This document shows positions 40,076 through 49,813 of a DNA stretch of 57,491 bases, one piece after another (within the stretch, counting starts at the first letter, position 1; every line of letters begins with the position of its first letter). A program made the translations under genes and the position numbers. This stretch comes from a virus. The notes under the pieces were generated by a model. That model had not been told where the DNA came from. It was given only the letters and a program-made list of their open reading frames with translations, and searched no databases. Where the stretch lies: IMG/VR virus record IMGVR_UViG_3300018081_000005; one strand, 5' to 3'.

Positions 40076-42400
40076 CTATCCAACATTCTCGTCGTAGTCT
40101 ACTAGCGTCAGGACGAATCCGAATGGGTACAGTACCGAGTCCGCATTGTAGTCCACGCCGACATCACCCAAACTAGCAAAGATCCTACGGCCGGTGTAAT
40201 CTCTCCAAAGCACTACGCCGGTGGTCAAGGCCAACGCTTCCAACTCTTGCGGTTCCGAGGACATCCCGCCCCGGCTTGGCGGGTACAGGACTCCTTGTGT
40301 GTCCAGGACCAATCGAGTTGCTTCCCCGGAGAGCTCGACCGGGTTTGCTCGCCCGGCGAAATGATAGGTGTCCTTATCGCGCCCAACGGTAGCTCGGTTC
40401 GACAAACGCGCCCGCATTCGAGCAATATCGGTAAAGCTGCTGCCAGTACTAAGGAATCCCCAATGCTCCTCGGCGGTTGTAACGGCTACTTCACCACTCA
40501 ACGCAGACGAGGCTCCGGTCGAGAGGATAATGGCGCGATAGTTATTGATGCCCCGAATTGTTGGCATGGTATCAGTCACAATAGCCACTAGCGGAGTCCC
40601 CGCCAGAGGGACGCCCGTGACCCAAGTCGCCCATTCACCGCCGTTGATCTGGCGCTGGAGGTCCACGCTGGCAATTGGTAGCGTCACGCCCCCCACAGCA
40701 TCGGCACCGGTGATCATGATGACCATTCGGCCCCAATCAGCCGTATAGCTAGCCGTGAGGGTGACACCAGCCGGCGGCAGATAGGTAACCAGGAACTCTT
40801 CGCGCTCGGTCCCGGATGCAATAGATTGCAACCCTACGGCGCTGGTAACATACACACGGACGCCGTAAGTTTCACCATCAAGCAACGTTGCGCCGAACGT
40901 TACGGATGCGGTGGTTCCAGTCCCCGCTTGTTCATCTACTAACGTCGCATCGCTGAAGTCGGACAAAGCACCTTTGCGCCATAGATAAGCGTGCCAAGCC
41001 GCTTGCGCGCTGCTTTGGGCTTGGAAATACGTCCAATCGGCAGTCAGCGTTGAAGTCGCATACGAGCCGCCGGACGGGCTCGATATCGTTGAGGTCGGCC
41101 GCGCGCTAGTGGTGAACGAAGCATCAGCGGAGTAAGCCCCGATTGTACCGTTCTCGCCGGCCGTCGCAACATGCCAAGTAATCGTGTGGCCATTGGTGAG
41201 CGTAGCGGCCGTCAATGTAAACGAGGATGTCCCGGAAACCGTTGGGCCTACAGTGGTATACGAACCGGCATCTATCTTGTATTGGAGTTGGTACTTGCTC
41301 TGTGGCGTTCCGTCAGTTGGATTGTGAGTCCAAGTAAAGACGATTGCTTCAGCGGCGTCAAGCGCGTTACCTGACGGAGCGAGAGCAGTTGGCGGTCCTG
41401 CCGTGCTCAATAGGACGATGGTCGCGGACTCATTGGAGTAGCTAGAGTTCAGCGTTGTCCCGGAGCTAGTTCGCGCCCGGATCCGGTACTTATGAGTGAC
41501 GGCCGGGTTTGGGGCAACGTGATCCCACGTCGTAGTTCCGGTGGCTACGTTAGTGATTTCGGTATACGCTCCGCCGTTCTGCGACTCCTCAATCCTAACT
41601 GTATATTCGGAGTAGTTGACGTTATTGGTCCACGTTAACCGGATGTTACCGCCGCCAAGTTTGGTCGCCACCAAAGATGTCGGAGTGCCGGGCGTAGTCC
41701 AGATTGCCGCAGCGGTCGCGTATCCGACCTCAACACCGTTAGGGCCATTTGCAGACACCCGATATACGTACTTATGGTTCGCAGAGGTAGTTGTGTCGCT
41801 GTAGGACGTCACCACGCCCAACGTAGCGATAAGCGCGTATCCGCCTCCGTCGGCCGAACGATACACTTTGACGTTGGAGTACGGCGCGTTCCCGGTACTA
41901 TTGTTGGTCCAGTTGACCGTATGCTGCGTATCGCTAACTCGTGTTACGGTACAAGAAGTTGGCGAAGCAACGGTTTGCGGGATCTGTGGTAGTGCGGTAG
42001 ACAAGCTAGCGGTTGACGTCGCGCCGGATGAACCGTGGTGCGAGCCCGACATACTTATGTTGCCATTACCATTCACATCATGGTTGATGACAAACTGCCC
42101 GCTCCCGAACCCACCCTGGGCGATCGTATTGACGAATGGGTAATCTCCGGAGTGCGAGTGCCCGCTGTTGAAGACGTGTGGAAGAGAATTGCTATAGACC
42201 GAACTGCTGTTGATGGCTACCGAACCAGCTTCGATCCGGTGGCATCCATCCCCGGGCGCGAAGTTAACGGCCCAACACCAGTTAACGGTGGAAGTCCCAT
42301 ATCCTGCGCCGCCGGTGTAACTCTGTCCGGCCAACCACCAGAAGATCCGGTTTTTGCCATTGAAGACATCGTTGCCTCCAGTAGCTTCGCCGCCGGTCAT
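40076..42400 (-). CDS. Minor tail protein with fibronectin type III repeats and Dit-like C-terminal region
   Basis: At least three FN3-like units (e.g. CTVTRVSDTQHTVNWTNN...YRVSANG and LVATKLGGGNIRLTWTNN...YRIRART). Immediately follows the tape measure with a 4-nt overlap. Confidence 0.75.
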   Translation of the reverse strand: MTGGEATGGNDVFNGKNRIFWWLAGQSYTGGAGYGTSTVNWCWAVNFAPGDGCHRIEAGSVAINSSSVYSNSLPHVFNSGHSHSGDYPFVNTIAQGGFGSGQFVINHDVNGNGNISMSGSHHGSSGATSTASLSTALPQIPQTVASPTSCTVTRVSDTQHTVNWTNNSTGNAPYSNVKVYRSADGGGYALIATLGVVTSYSDTTTSANHKYVYRVSANGPNGVEVGYATAAAIWTTPGTPTSLVATKLGGGNIRLTWTNNVNYSEYTVRIEESQNGGAYTEITNVATGTTTWDHVAPNPAVTHKYRIRARTSSGTTLNSSYSNESATIVLLSTAGPPTALAPSGNALDAAEAIVFTWTHNPTDGTPQSKYQLQYKIDAGSYTTVGPTVSGTSSFTLTAATLTNGHTITWHVATAGENGTIGAYSADASFTTSARPTSTISSPSGGSYATSTLTADWTYFQAQSSAQAAWHAYLWRKGALSDFSDATLVDEQAGTGTTASVTFGATLLDGETYGVRVYVTSAVGLQSIASGTEREEFLVTYLPPAGVTLTASYTADWGRMVIMITGADAVGGVTLPIASVDLQRQINGGEWATWVTGVPLAGTPLVAIVTDTMPTIRGINNYRAIILSTGASSALSGEVAVTTAEEHWGFLSTGSSFTDIARMRARLSNRATVGRDKDTYHFAGRANPVELSGEATRLVLDTQGVLYPPSRGGMSSEPQELEALALTTGVVLWRDYTGRRIFASLGDVGVDYNADSVLYPFGFVLTLVDYDENVG

Positions 42401-45400
42401 TGAGCTTCCACCAACCCTCTCCGGCTATCGTTACGCAGACGGTCAATGAAGTCGAGCAAGTCTTGGACATCACGGATCGAACGCAAGTCATCCAACGGAA
42501 CGTTAATGTTGACCTCGGTGTTACTTGTATTGTTCGAGCCCGCTGATCCTACTCCGCTGGCCCCGCCCATCCCGGCCGACAACCCAGCGCCGCTAGTGGC
42601 CGTTCCTACCGTGGCAGAGAAGTCGGTCGGTAGGGCTCCGGAGACCCCCGCCAAGGCGCGGGCGGCAGCGGTCTGTACCATACCGATACGATCTTCCATT
42701 CCTTCCGCGAAGCCCTCCATCAGAGCGCGCCCAGCATACAAGGTGTATCCACGGCCGGAGAATGGACCCCACTTAGCGGGCGAGAATGGCAATAACCCGC
42801 GCAGTTGGGCCATCTTATCTTGCACCCATCCAATAATGCTGCCCCAGATTGATTGCAGGCCATTCCACAGCCCTTGGAGCAAGGACCGGCCGGCACCGAA
42901 GAGCGCAGATCCAAGATTCCCCAGCGCACCAATCAGCCGACCGGGCAATCCCTGGACCCAGTTGATGAGTTCTTGAGCCTTGGCAATCGCCGCGTCCTTC
43001 ATCTGGTTGAAGATATCGCGGGCTCTGTTGACTATCTCGCTGAAGTTGTTGACGATTGAGACAACTTTGTTACGGGCATTGGTAAAGGAAGCTACAACAG
43101 CATCCCAAACAGCCTTGACTACGCTAAGGACCTCGGACATACGAGCCGAAATCCAGTCCTTAACGAAGTTGAAAGCTGCAACGATGGGGACAACAATCCA
43201 TCCCCACAGAGCATTCCAGATCCCACGGACAGCGGACGCGAAATCAGATAGCTTGCCCCCGATCCAAGAAAGCCCTGCGCCGACTACGTCAATGATAGCC
43301 TTGAATCCAACGGAGACCGGTACGATGATGAACTTCCAGAGCGCATCCCAGATAGCCGTCACGCCAGCCCAGAAGGCTTGGAACAAGCTACTGATGACGG
43401 TAAAGGCCAGTCCGACTATCGCGGCGATAAGGTCGAAGACCGCCTTTGTTACCGGCCAGAGGAAGTTCCACACGGCCATGAACCGAGAAACCCAAGCCTC
43501 GACAACGGCCATGAGTGTCTCGAAGACGAACTTGCCAACCTGGAAGATCGCATAGAACGGCGCGATCACAACGGCCGCAATGACCTTCCCTATGGTCATC
43601 AGGACATTGATGAAGCTCTTGAAGCCGGCGACTAGACCTGGGATAGCGGATATCACCGCCGCTATAACGGAAATCAGAACCGAGAAGATAGGCCCGATGA
43701 TGTTCAGGAGCAGCGGGATGATGAATCCCAATGCCTTACCCAGAACGTTGAAGATAACCTTGCCGACTTCAAGGAACGCTTTAGCGATTGCAATGATCGT
43801 GGGCATGGCCGGCTCGATAGCCGCTCGCAACTTCTGCCACGCCGGTAGCACTCGGTTCTGAATGAAATCCCCGATCGCCTTAAATGCAGGCGCCAGGTTC
43901 TTCATCAAGGTCTGAGCGATTTCCTTGACTGCGGGAACGACTTGATTCTTGAAGAATTCGGCTATTGGCCTAACCACCGCAAGGATGGTCGCAAAGATCT
44001 CCTTGGCCACCCGACCGAGGTTGCCGAGCAGATCTCGAAATTGCTGGCTGTTGTCATACGCTAGCTTGACGGCGGCCGCAATCCCAATGATGACCGCAAT
44101 GATGCCGCCAATGATGGCCGCTATCTTGATAGCGGCAACTGAGGCCGCCAGCCCAGCTATCACCGCTCCCACGCCGGCGATAACCGCAATCAGACCAAAC
44201 AAGGCCGCGCCGGCAACGGCAGCGAATGCGATCAGCTTCTGCCACTTGGGGTCTAGCGCGCTGAACTTGTTGACGAGCATAGTGATGAACTCGGCTGCGG
44301 CGCGAATGGCCGGCAAGAGCGCGGTCCCAAAGGCGATAGCAGCCGTCTCGACGCTTCCCTTGAGTTGCTCGATCGCTCCTGAGACGTTGTCCAGCCTAGC
44401 GGCCGCCACGTCTTGAGCGGAGACTTCGCCCATGGCGGTAGCCATCGCGTTGAAGGCTTCGGCGCCTCCACCGGCGATAACCGCTGCCGCCCGAATCGCA
44501 TCGCTTCCGAAGATGACTTCGAGCGCCATTGCCTTCTGCGCATCGGTCATACCCGCCAAGGACTTGTTCAGGATCCCGGCGACGTCAGAAAGCGACTTTA
44601 GCTTGCCGTGTTGGTCGAAGAACTTATTGGTACCGTCAGCGGTGACGATGCCAAGTTTCCTCATCAGGTCGGTTTGCTTCTTGGTACTCGGCTGAAGGTT
44701 TTGGAGCATTGTCTTCAGCGAGGTCCCGGCATCCGATCCCTTGATCCCGGCGTTCCCCATTAGCGCGATTGCGACTGCTAGGTCATCAAAGCTCACGCCA
44801 ACAAGGTTCGCCACCGCACCGGCCTGGCTTAGCGCGAACCCGAACTCCCCCACGTCAATGGCAGAGGAGTTAGCCGCACCGGCAATCAGGTCGGCGATCC
44901 TCGGAAGGTCCGAGGCCGCCAGCGAGAACTGGTTCATCGCATTGGAGGCAATGGCCGCCGCCGCCGGTAGGTCAATCCCGCCCGCTGCCGCTAGCGCGAC
45001 GGTAGCATCGGCCGCTCCATTGAGGACATCCTCAACAGACAGGCCGGCCTTGACCAACTCCTCCATTGCTTGCGCGGATTCGCTAGCGGAGAACGCCGTA
45101 TCGGCACCGAGTTGGAGCGCCTTCTTGCGTAGCTGATCCATCTGGTCTGCGGTAGCACCAGAGACCGCACCAATAGCAGAGATTCGCTTCTCAAAGTCAA
45201 TCGCCGCATTGACAGCGAACCCAATGCCGGCAGCAATAGCCGCTCCGGCTACCGCTGAAGCCGTAGCTACCTGCAGCAGCCCTTGGCGGGCGCTGGCCAG
45301 CGATCCGCCCCCTCCGCCGCTACCGGAGCCCGTAAAGCGTCCGAGGTCGTCACGCGCTTGGCCGATTCCCTTACCGTCATAATCGATCTTGATCTTACCT

Positions 45401-45429
45401 TCAGCGGAGCCAAGACTGTAATCGGCCAT
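42397..45429 (-). CDS. Tape measure protein
   Basis: 1010 aa, Ala/Gly/Ile-rich helical with a long hydrophobic central region. Canonical position after the chaperone pair. Confidence 0.9.
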   Translation of the reverse strand: MADYSLGSAEGKIKIDYDGKGIGQARDDLGRFTGSGSGGGGGSLASARQGLLQVATASAVAGAAIAAGIGFAVNAAIDFEKRISAIGAVSGATADQMDQLRKKALQLGADTAFSASESAQAMEELVKAGLSVEDVLNGAADATVALAAAGGIDLPAAAAIASNAMNQFSLAASDLPRIADLIAGAANSSAIDVGEFGFALSQAGAVANLVGVSFDDLAVAIALMGNAGIKGSDAGTSLKTMLQNLQPSTKKQTDLMRKLGIVTADGTNKFFDQHGKLKSLSDVAGILNKSLAGMTDAQKAMALEVIFGSDAIRAAAVIAGGGAEAFNAMATAMGEVSAQDVAAARLDNVSGAIEQLKGSVETAAIAFGTALLPAIRAAAEFITMLVNKFSALDPKWQKLIAFAAVAGAALFGLIAVIAGVGAVIAGLAASVAAIKIAAIIGGIIAVIIGIAAAVKLAYDNSQQFRDLLGNLGRVAKEIFATILAVVRPIAEFFKNQVVPAVKEIAQTLMKNLAPAFKAIGDFIQNRVLPAWQKLRAAIEPAMPTIIAIAKAFLEVGKVIFNVLGKALGFIIPLLLNIIGPIFSVLISVIAAVISAIPGLVAGFKSFINVLMTIGKVIAAVVIAPFYAIFQVGKFVFETLMAVVEAWVSRFMAVWNFLWPVTKAVFDLIAAIVGLAFTVISSLFQAFWAGVTAIWDALWKFIIVPVSVGFKAIIDVVGAGLSWIGGKLSDFASAVRGIWNALWGWIVVPIVAAFNFVKDWISARMSEVLSVVKAVWDAVVASFTNARNKVVSIVNNFSEIVNRARDIFNQMKDAAIAKAQELINWVQGLPGRLIGALGNLGSALFGAGRSLLQGLWNGLQSIWGSIIGWVQDKMAQLRGLLPFSPAKWGPFSGRGYTLYAGRALMEGFAEGMEDRIGMVQTAAARALAGVSGALPTDFSATVGTATSGAGLSAGMGGASGVGSAGSNNTSNTEVNINVPLDDLRSIRDVQDLLDFIDRLRNDSRRGLVEAQ

Positions 45430-45434
45430 TCATG

Positions 45435-45713
45435 TCACCCCCTCTTGGCGGGATCAGCGAACCTCTGAGTTCCTAGCCATCGAGCCATAATCTGTTGCCG
45501 GGCCATAGCTATCTGGCTATCCGTCTTCTTGCTCTTGCCTTTGGACTGTCCCGCTTTCTCCAATTCGGACTCCAAAGCCGATCCAAAAGTGAACACCGCC
45601 CGATCGAAGTAGAACGCGGCCGGTTGCTCAGTTACCCCCAGGATCTCGCTAGGCCGACAACGGAATTGCTGAGATTGCAACCATGTAAACCAGACCTTAT
45701 TGGGGTCCTTCAC
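45435..45713 (-). CDS. Tail assembly chaperone, frameshift-extension ORF (T-like)
   Basis: Overlaps the 3' end of 45697-46251 in the +1 frame. That frame is open only from 45722, so any fusion must occur within 45700-45722. Confidence 0.5.
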   Translation of the reverse strand: MKDPNKVWFTWLQSQQFRCRPSEILGVTEQPAAFYFDRAVFTFGSALESELEKAGQSKGKSKKTDSQIAMARQQIMARWLGTQRFADPAKRG

Positions 45714-46251
45714 GAAACAAGGTCAGGTCGGATGAACCCCCGACCGCCCATTGCATCAGGAATACCTTATCGTCCAAGTCGATCAAGCGGACGGCAATAG
45801 CGTCCTGTTCCGTCGCCATCGCCTCACGCTTGGCGAACTCTTCATCGTTCTCCTCGCGTTTGACTCCGTCGACGTCGACCATCAGCCTGTAGTCAATCCA
45901 GACCTTTGGCTGCGTGACGACGTAAGCAGTCAACCGGTCAATCATCAGGAAGGCCGCATGTAGCTTGGTCTGATCGCCGCTGAGAAGATCAATGGCCGCC
46001 TTGGTATCCTCGGCCGTAATCTTCGGTGTGGACGCGATCCCCTTGAGGGACTTGGTGTCCAGGTGTTCCGTCTTGACGAGAGAAGTGAGGTCGTCGAAGC
46101 TATCCAACAGCCCCGCAGCAATCAAACCCTGAACCCCGGGCCGACGCGCCTGACAAGTAGCGCCGGAGGGCAAGATTAGATCTTGCAGGTCTGAGGATTT
46201 GCCTAGCGTGTACTTCGGTAGGTTGATAACCGACTTCTTGGCGGCGGGCAT
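45697..46251 (-). CDS. Tail assembly chaperone (G-like)
   Basis: Position between the major tail region and the tape measure. Acidic 184-aa protein. Overlapping downstream ORF. Confidence 0.65.
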   Translation of the reverse strand: MPAAKKSVINLPKYTLGKSSDLQDLILPSGATCQARRPGVQGLIAAGLLDSFDDLTSLVKTEHLDTKSLKGIASTPKITAEDTKAAIDLLSGDQTKLHAAFLMIDRLTAYVVTQPKVWIDYRLMVDVDGVKREENDEEFAKREAMATEQDAIAVRLIDLDDKVFLMQWAVGGSSDLTLFREGPQ

Positions 46252-46281
46252 CCTAGTGCTCCTTTGGTTAGGTATTTGCAG

Positions 46282-46668
46282 TTACGCGGGGAACGGACCG
46301 AGAATGTTGACCGTGACGGTTGTCAGGGTCCCGCCGTGTACGAGGTTGATGCGGTTCTGCGAATCCATGAACCGTGTTGAGTTCGCGATGACGGCCTTCA
46401 GTTCGGTAGTAGCGAGCATCCCCGTTACCGCCACGATCCCGTCGGCAAATCCGGCGACGGCCGAAGACCCGACTGGAATCGGAGTCGTGGGATCGGTGAC
46501 CTTGAACGGAAGCGCGCCACCGGTGGTTGTGGCGCCGTTCTTGTAGTGGATCTCGTAACGGGAGTTCGGCGCCGCAGTAAAGAAGTCCGCTGCGGATGCC
46601 GCTACATACAGCGGCGCAACGCCGGTAAGGCCGGGCTTCTGTACGGCGGTAAGTGTGAGGTCGGCCAT
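46282..46668 (-). CDS. Hypothetical beta-rich protein between major tail and chaperone genes
   Basis: ORF track (128 aa). The overlapping 154-aa ORF 46268-46732 is Arg-rich and was rejected. Confidence 0.5.
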   Translation of the reverse strand: MADLTLTAVQKPGLTGVAPLYVAASAADFFTAAPNSRYEIHYKNGATTTGGALPFKVTDPTTPIPVGSSAVAGFADGIVAVTGMLATTELKAVIANSTRFMDSQNRINLVHGGTLTTVTVNILGPFPA

Positions 46669-46689
46669 TTGCTATTCCTCCTAACAGGA

Positions 46690-47244
46690 CTAGACGATTG
46701 CGGTTGCGGTCTCGTTCTGGACCAGGTCCCAAACGACTCCGAAGTCGGCGCCCACGATGAGGCAGCCCAAGCCCTGACCGGACGCGCCCGTCAGGAAGAA
46801 CTGACCATCCGCGAATTCGCCGCTGAAGTCGTCGGTCGCCTTACAGCGCCAAACGACCGCGTGGAAGTCGCCGCCGGAGTCTGAGATGACCTGGCCTTCG
46901 ACGCGGAAGTACGGACGCTGATCCGTCTTGAGTTTCCGGAGTCGCTTGATCTGGTTGGGAGTTGTGCCGGTCAGCGTGAGAGTTCCGCCGTACATGGCCT
47001 GTACGGCTTCCAAGCTAACGCCTCCGCCTTCCAACTCCCAGTTGACAATCGGACCATTGCCATGGGTGGCGACCAGACTGTCATCGCCGCGCAGTTCCTC
47101 GAAATCCTCGGTCTCTGCGAACGAGAACGTCCGGCTGTTCGGCAAGTCAATCCGAGACGCCGACAGAACCGTTGCCGTAGCATCGGTATACGGTGTGATC
47201 TTCACATCCCGCAGGCCGAAGGGCAATGGGATGGGCATCGTCAT
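46690..47244 (-). CDS. Major tail protein
   Basis: Position and size (184 aa). N-terminal FGLRDVKITPY...FSFAETEDFEELRGDD pattern resembles siphophage major tail proteins. Confidence 0.7.
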   Translation of the reverse strand: MTMPIPLPFGLRDVKITPYTDATATVLSASRIDLPNSRTFSFAETEDFEELRGDDSLVATHGNGPIVNWELEGGGVSLEAVQAMYGGTLTLTGTTPNQIKRLRKLKTDQRPYFRVEGQVISDSGGDFHAVVWRCKATDDFSGEFADGQFFLTGASGQGLGCLIVGADFGVVWDLVQNETATAIV

Positions 47245-47447
47245 AGCCTTGCTCCCTCCTTTTGTTGTCTTGCGGCCGACGAGACGGGATCCCGGAACCG
47301 CTTGTCGTCGAGACGCTCACCAGTAAGCGTCCAACGGTGGATCACCACCACCCCGCTACCAGCACCACAGAAACGCGACGAGCATTTGATCTCGATGACG
47401 CCATCGAGGATCTCGCCGTGCTTCTTGTTCTGGCAACGGACGTCCAT
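47241..47447 (-). CDS. Small Com-like zinc-finger protein
   Basis: MDVRCQNKKHGEILDGVIEIKCSSRFCG has a C-x4-H...(I)EIKC-x4-C layout reminiscent of the Mu Com Zn ribbon. TAGATG junction with the upstream gene and ATGA with the downstream gene. Confidence 0.45.
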   Translation of the reverse strand: MDVRCQNKKHGEILDGVIEIKCSSRFCGAGSGVVVIHRWTLTGERLDDKRFRDPVSSAARQQKEGARL

Positions 47448-47819
47448 CTACTCCTCCGGCCCGCCAATGTTGAACTCTTCCTCGTCGTCAACGATCCAGA
47501 ACTCTTCCGAACCGGGACCAACGAGCTCGAATTCGTGTTGCTGAGACCGAAGAACCGTCCGGGCGCGCTCCTCGTCTCCGGCGGCGAACTCGACGACAGT
47601 CTCCCAATCGATATCGGATCCCGGCGTCCAATTGAGAGAATCCCCGGATTCGTCGCCCGGAACGCCGGAGAGGTCGCCGCGAGTCAGGACGCGACGGTCG
47701 GCAGTCCCTTTGTATCGCACACGAAGAGTCTCCGGCTCCTCGACCTCTTCGGTTACAGCTTCAGACGGGTCCTCGGGACGCGGACCAGTCTCGGTAATGA
47801 GCTTGTCGTCCATCATCAA
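47448..47819 (-). CDS. Hypothetical acidic protein
   Basis: ORF track (123 aa). Confidence 0.5.
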   Translation of the reverse strand: MMMDDKLITETGPRPEDPSEAVTEEVEEPETLRVRYKGTADRRVLTRGDLSGVPGDESGDSLNWTPGSDIDWETVVEFAAGDEERARTVLRSQQHEFELVGPGSEEFWIVDDEEEFNIGGPEE

Positions 47820-48226
47820 CTCCCACTCGCGGTAATGGTATGACTAGTCCATCGCGTGTAAGCGCGATAGCCGTCGTCGTACAGGTCGTCGCTATCCCCC
47901 TCGTAGTCTACCGACAAGACTGCTTCCGTCGGTGACATCCGCACGCCCTCCAAGGAAGGAAGGCGAGTTCGAATCTCAAGGATTGCGTTTACAATTGGAA
48001 CGTAGTCCGGCTGCCGATTGTACACCCAACATTGCAACCGTACCCTATTGACCCGTCCGATCCCTCTGTTGGTGGTCCCCCAACGGATTACTAGGAATCG
48101 CTCTCCGGCCGGTCCATCAACGCTGAAGTTGGGCGAGATCGTGTTCTCGTCAAACCCAAGACCGGTCAGGACAGGCGAAGCTACATAGAGGGCGAACACC
48201 GCCTGGCGAAGCGTAGTACTGGCCAT
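47816..48226 (-). CDS. Tail terminator / tail completion protein (by position)
   Basis: 136 aa, directly after the gp10-like gene and before the tail tube region. Confidence 0.55.
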   Translation of the reverse strand: MASTTLRQAVFALYVASPVLTGLGFDENTISPNFSVDGPAGERFLVIRWGTTNRGIGRVNRVRLQCWVYNRQPDYVPIVNAILEIRTRLPSLEGVRMSPTEAVLSVDYEGDSDDLYDDGYRAYTRWTSHTITASGS

Positions 48227-48612
48227 TATGGCATCCCTCCCCCGAGCTTTCCGAACAGCTTCCCCAGTAGCCGCATGGTATCCGGCCCAAACTGTTGGAT
48301 GGTGGGAATGATCACCGCGTACCTACCCGCCCAGCGGGCCTCCAGGAAGATACCATAGGGGACACTATGGAATAGCCGGATGGAATGGGACTTTCTCGGC
48401 ACCCAACCTACTTCGGTGCGGAGTCCGCTGCGCGCGTTGCCGGTCCGGTCCGTCCAAGGCGCCGTTGTCTTCATATGCGATTCGGCCTTAGTGGCCTGAT
48501 ATGACATCACCGCGTGAACGGCTCCATCTACCTTGTCGTCAAGGGTAGACAGGTTCCGGCCCAATGGGTCGGTATCGAAGTCCAACGACATCCTGAACAT
48601 AGGCTTAGGCAC
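48226..48612 (-). CDS. HK97 gp10-family head-tail joining protein
   Basis: WTDRTGNARSGLRTEV matches the T-G-x-L-R-x-S signature region of the gp10 family. Position supports the call. Confidence 0.65.
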   Translation of the reverse strand: MPKPMFRMSLDFDTDPLGRNLSTLDDKVDGAVHAVMSYQATKAESHMKTTAPWTDRTGNARSGLRTEVGWVPRKSHSIRLFHSVPYGIFLEARWAGRYAVIIPTIQQFGPDTMRLLGKLFGKLGGGMP

Positions 48613-48979
48613 GGCGTACCACCGCCGCCCGTAGCTCGTATTGGTTGGAGGGATAGATCTCGGCGACCTCTAAGGTCCCCGTTCCGTCCACCCAGAAGTC
48701 CCAGAGCTCGACGATAACGGCGGGATGTCCCAGCAAGATGAGGTCAACCAGCCGTTCCACACCGTCGCTGGTTTGGACTCTACCCGGGATCGTATTGCGA
48801 GCCGTGGATTGGTCTATCAACCGGAGGGTTTGCGGGGCGCGCGGCGTTCCATTGACGAAACGAGTTCCGGACCCATCCTTATGGCGAGTCCTCGGAGTCA
48901 ATACAATACTGCTTGGGTTAGCCGCTATGAATGCAACCGTATTCGCTATCTGGGCGGCGAGCTCGCCGGGCGCCAACAT
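48605..48979 (-). CDS. Head closure / head-tail joining protein (by position)
   Basis: 124 aa, coupled between the adaptor and the gp10-like gene. Confidence 0.55.
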   Translation of the reverse strand: MLAPGELAAQIANTVAFIAANPSSIVLTPRTRHKDGSGTRFVNGTPRAPQTLRLIDQSTARNTIPGRVQTSDGVERLVDLILLGHPAVIVELWDFWVDGTGTLEVAEIYPSNQYELRAAVVRRA

Positions 48980-49305
48980 TAGGGCCTAGCCAGTTTGCGA
49001 ATCCGGATCCCTGGCCCAAAGCCGTCCGGCGGCTGCGTTGCCGATATCGCGCGTAGGCGCATACCCTCAGCCATGGAGAGGTATTGCTCGTACAGGTCGC
49101 CCATCTTCCGGCTGCTGCCGCCCTCAGAGATATCAACGAGTCCGGCTGCGCCAGCTGCCTTCTGCGTCCAGACCTCAAAGGCGGCAGCGTATTCATTCGA
49201 GCTGTTGTCAAGAAGCGTAGCCAAAGCCAAATCGGTGTAGGGGGCAGCATCGTTGGGCTCCGCAATCAGCAACCGCAACGCCGCGATCTCTTCGGCCGTA
49301 GCCAT
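48979..49305 (-). CDS. Head-tail adaptor (by position)
   Basis: 108 aa helical protein. First connector gene after the capsid module. Confidence 0.55.
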   Translation of the reverse strand: MATAEEIAALRLLIAEPNDAAPYTDLALATLLDNSSNEYAAAFEVWTQKAAGAAGLVDISEGGSSRKMGDLYEQYLSMAEGMRLRAISATQPPDGFGPGIRIRKLARP

Positions 49306-49378
49306 ATCTGCCTCCCAACCGTCCTATCAGGACCGGTGGAGGGACGGGCGTCGGGCGGCACCGTCCCTCCGGATCCGG

Positions 49379-49813
49379 CTACTCGGCGAAGTAGTCCGTC
49401 AGCGCGGTCGCCATCTCGGCAACCGTACCCTTGCTGAGGGCCGCGTCGGGATCCTCACGGTTCACCCGGTCGATCTCCGCCTCCAGCTCTGCCTTCTTCA
49501 TGGCGTTGAAGTTGGGCGGCGATTCCTCGACCTGTTCGCCCTTCAGCGCGGCGAGCTCGGCCCTCAGCCGTTCGTTCTCCGACTGGAGATTGGCCTGGTC
49601 GCCGGGCGTAAGGCCCTGGCCATTGAGCTCGGCCGCCGCCTTCCGCTCAGCCGTTTCGAATTCGACCAACGCATCCGCATCCGGCGGGTACGCGTCGTCA
49701 ATCCGCGCCTCCAGGGCCATTCCGTGCGCCCCGAGTTGGCGAAGGTAGTGACGGTCCTCGTCGGTGAGGGCTTGGTCCAATGGAACTTGGCGAGACATTC
49801 CTTCATCCTCCAA
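49379..49813 (-). CDS. Coiled-coil protein with HeH/SAP-like C-terminal motif
   Basis: NLQSENERLRAELAALKGE coiled coil. MKKAELEAEIDRVN...GTVAEMATALTDY resembles a Rho-N/HeH motif. Confidence 0.5.
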   Translation of the reverse strand: MEDEGMSRQVPLDQALTDEDRHYLRQLGAHGMALEARIDDAYPPDADALVEFETAERKAAAELNGQGLTPGDQANLQSENERLRAELAALKGEQVEESPPNFNAMKKAELEAEIDRVNREDPDAALSKGTVAEMATALTDYFAE

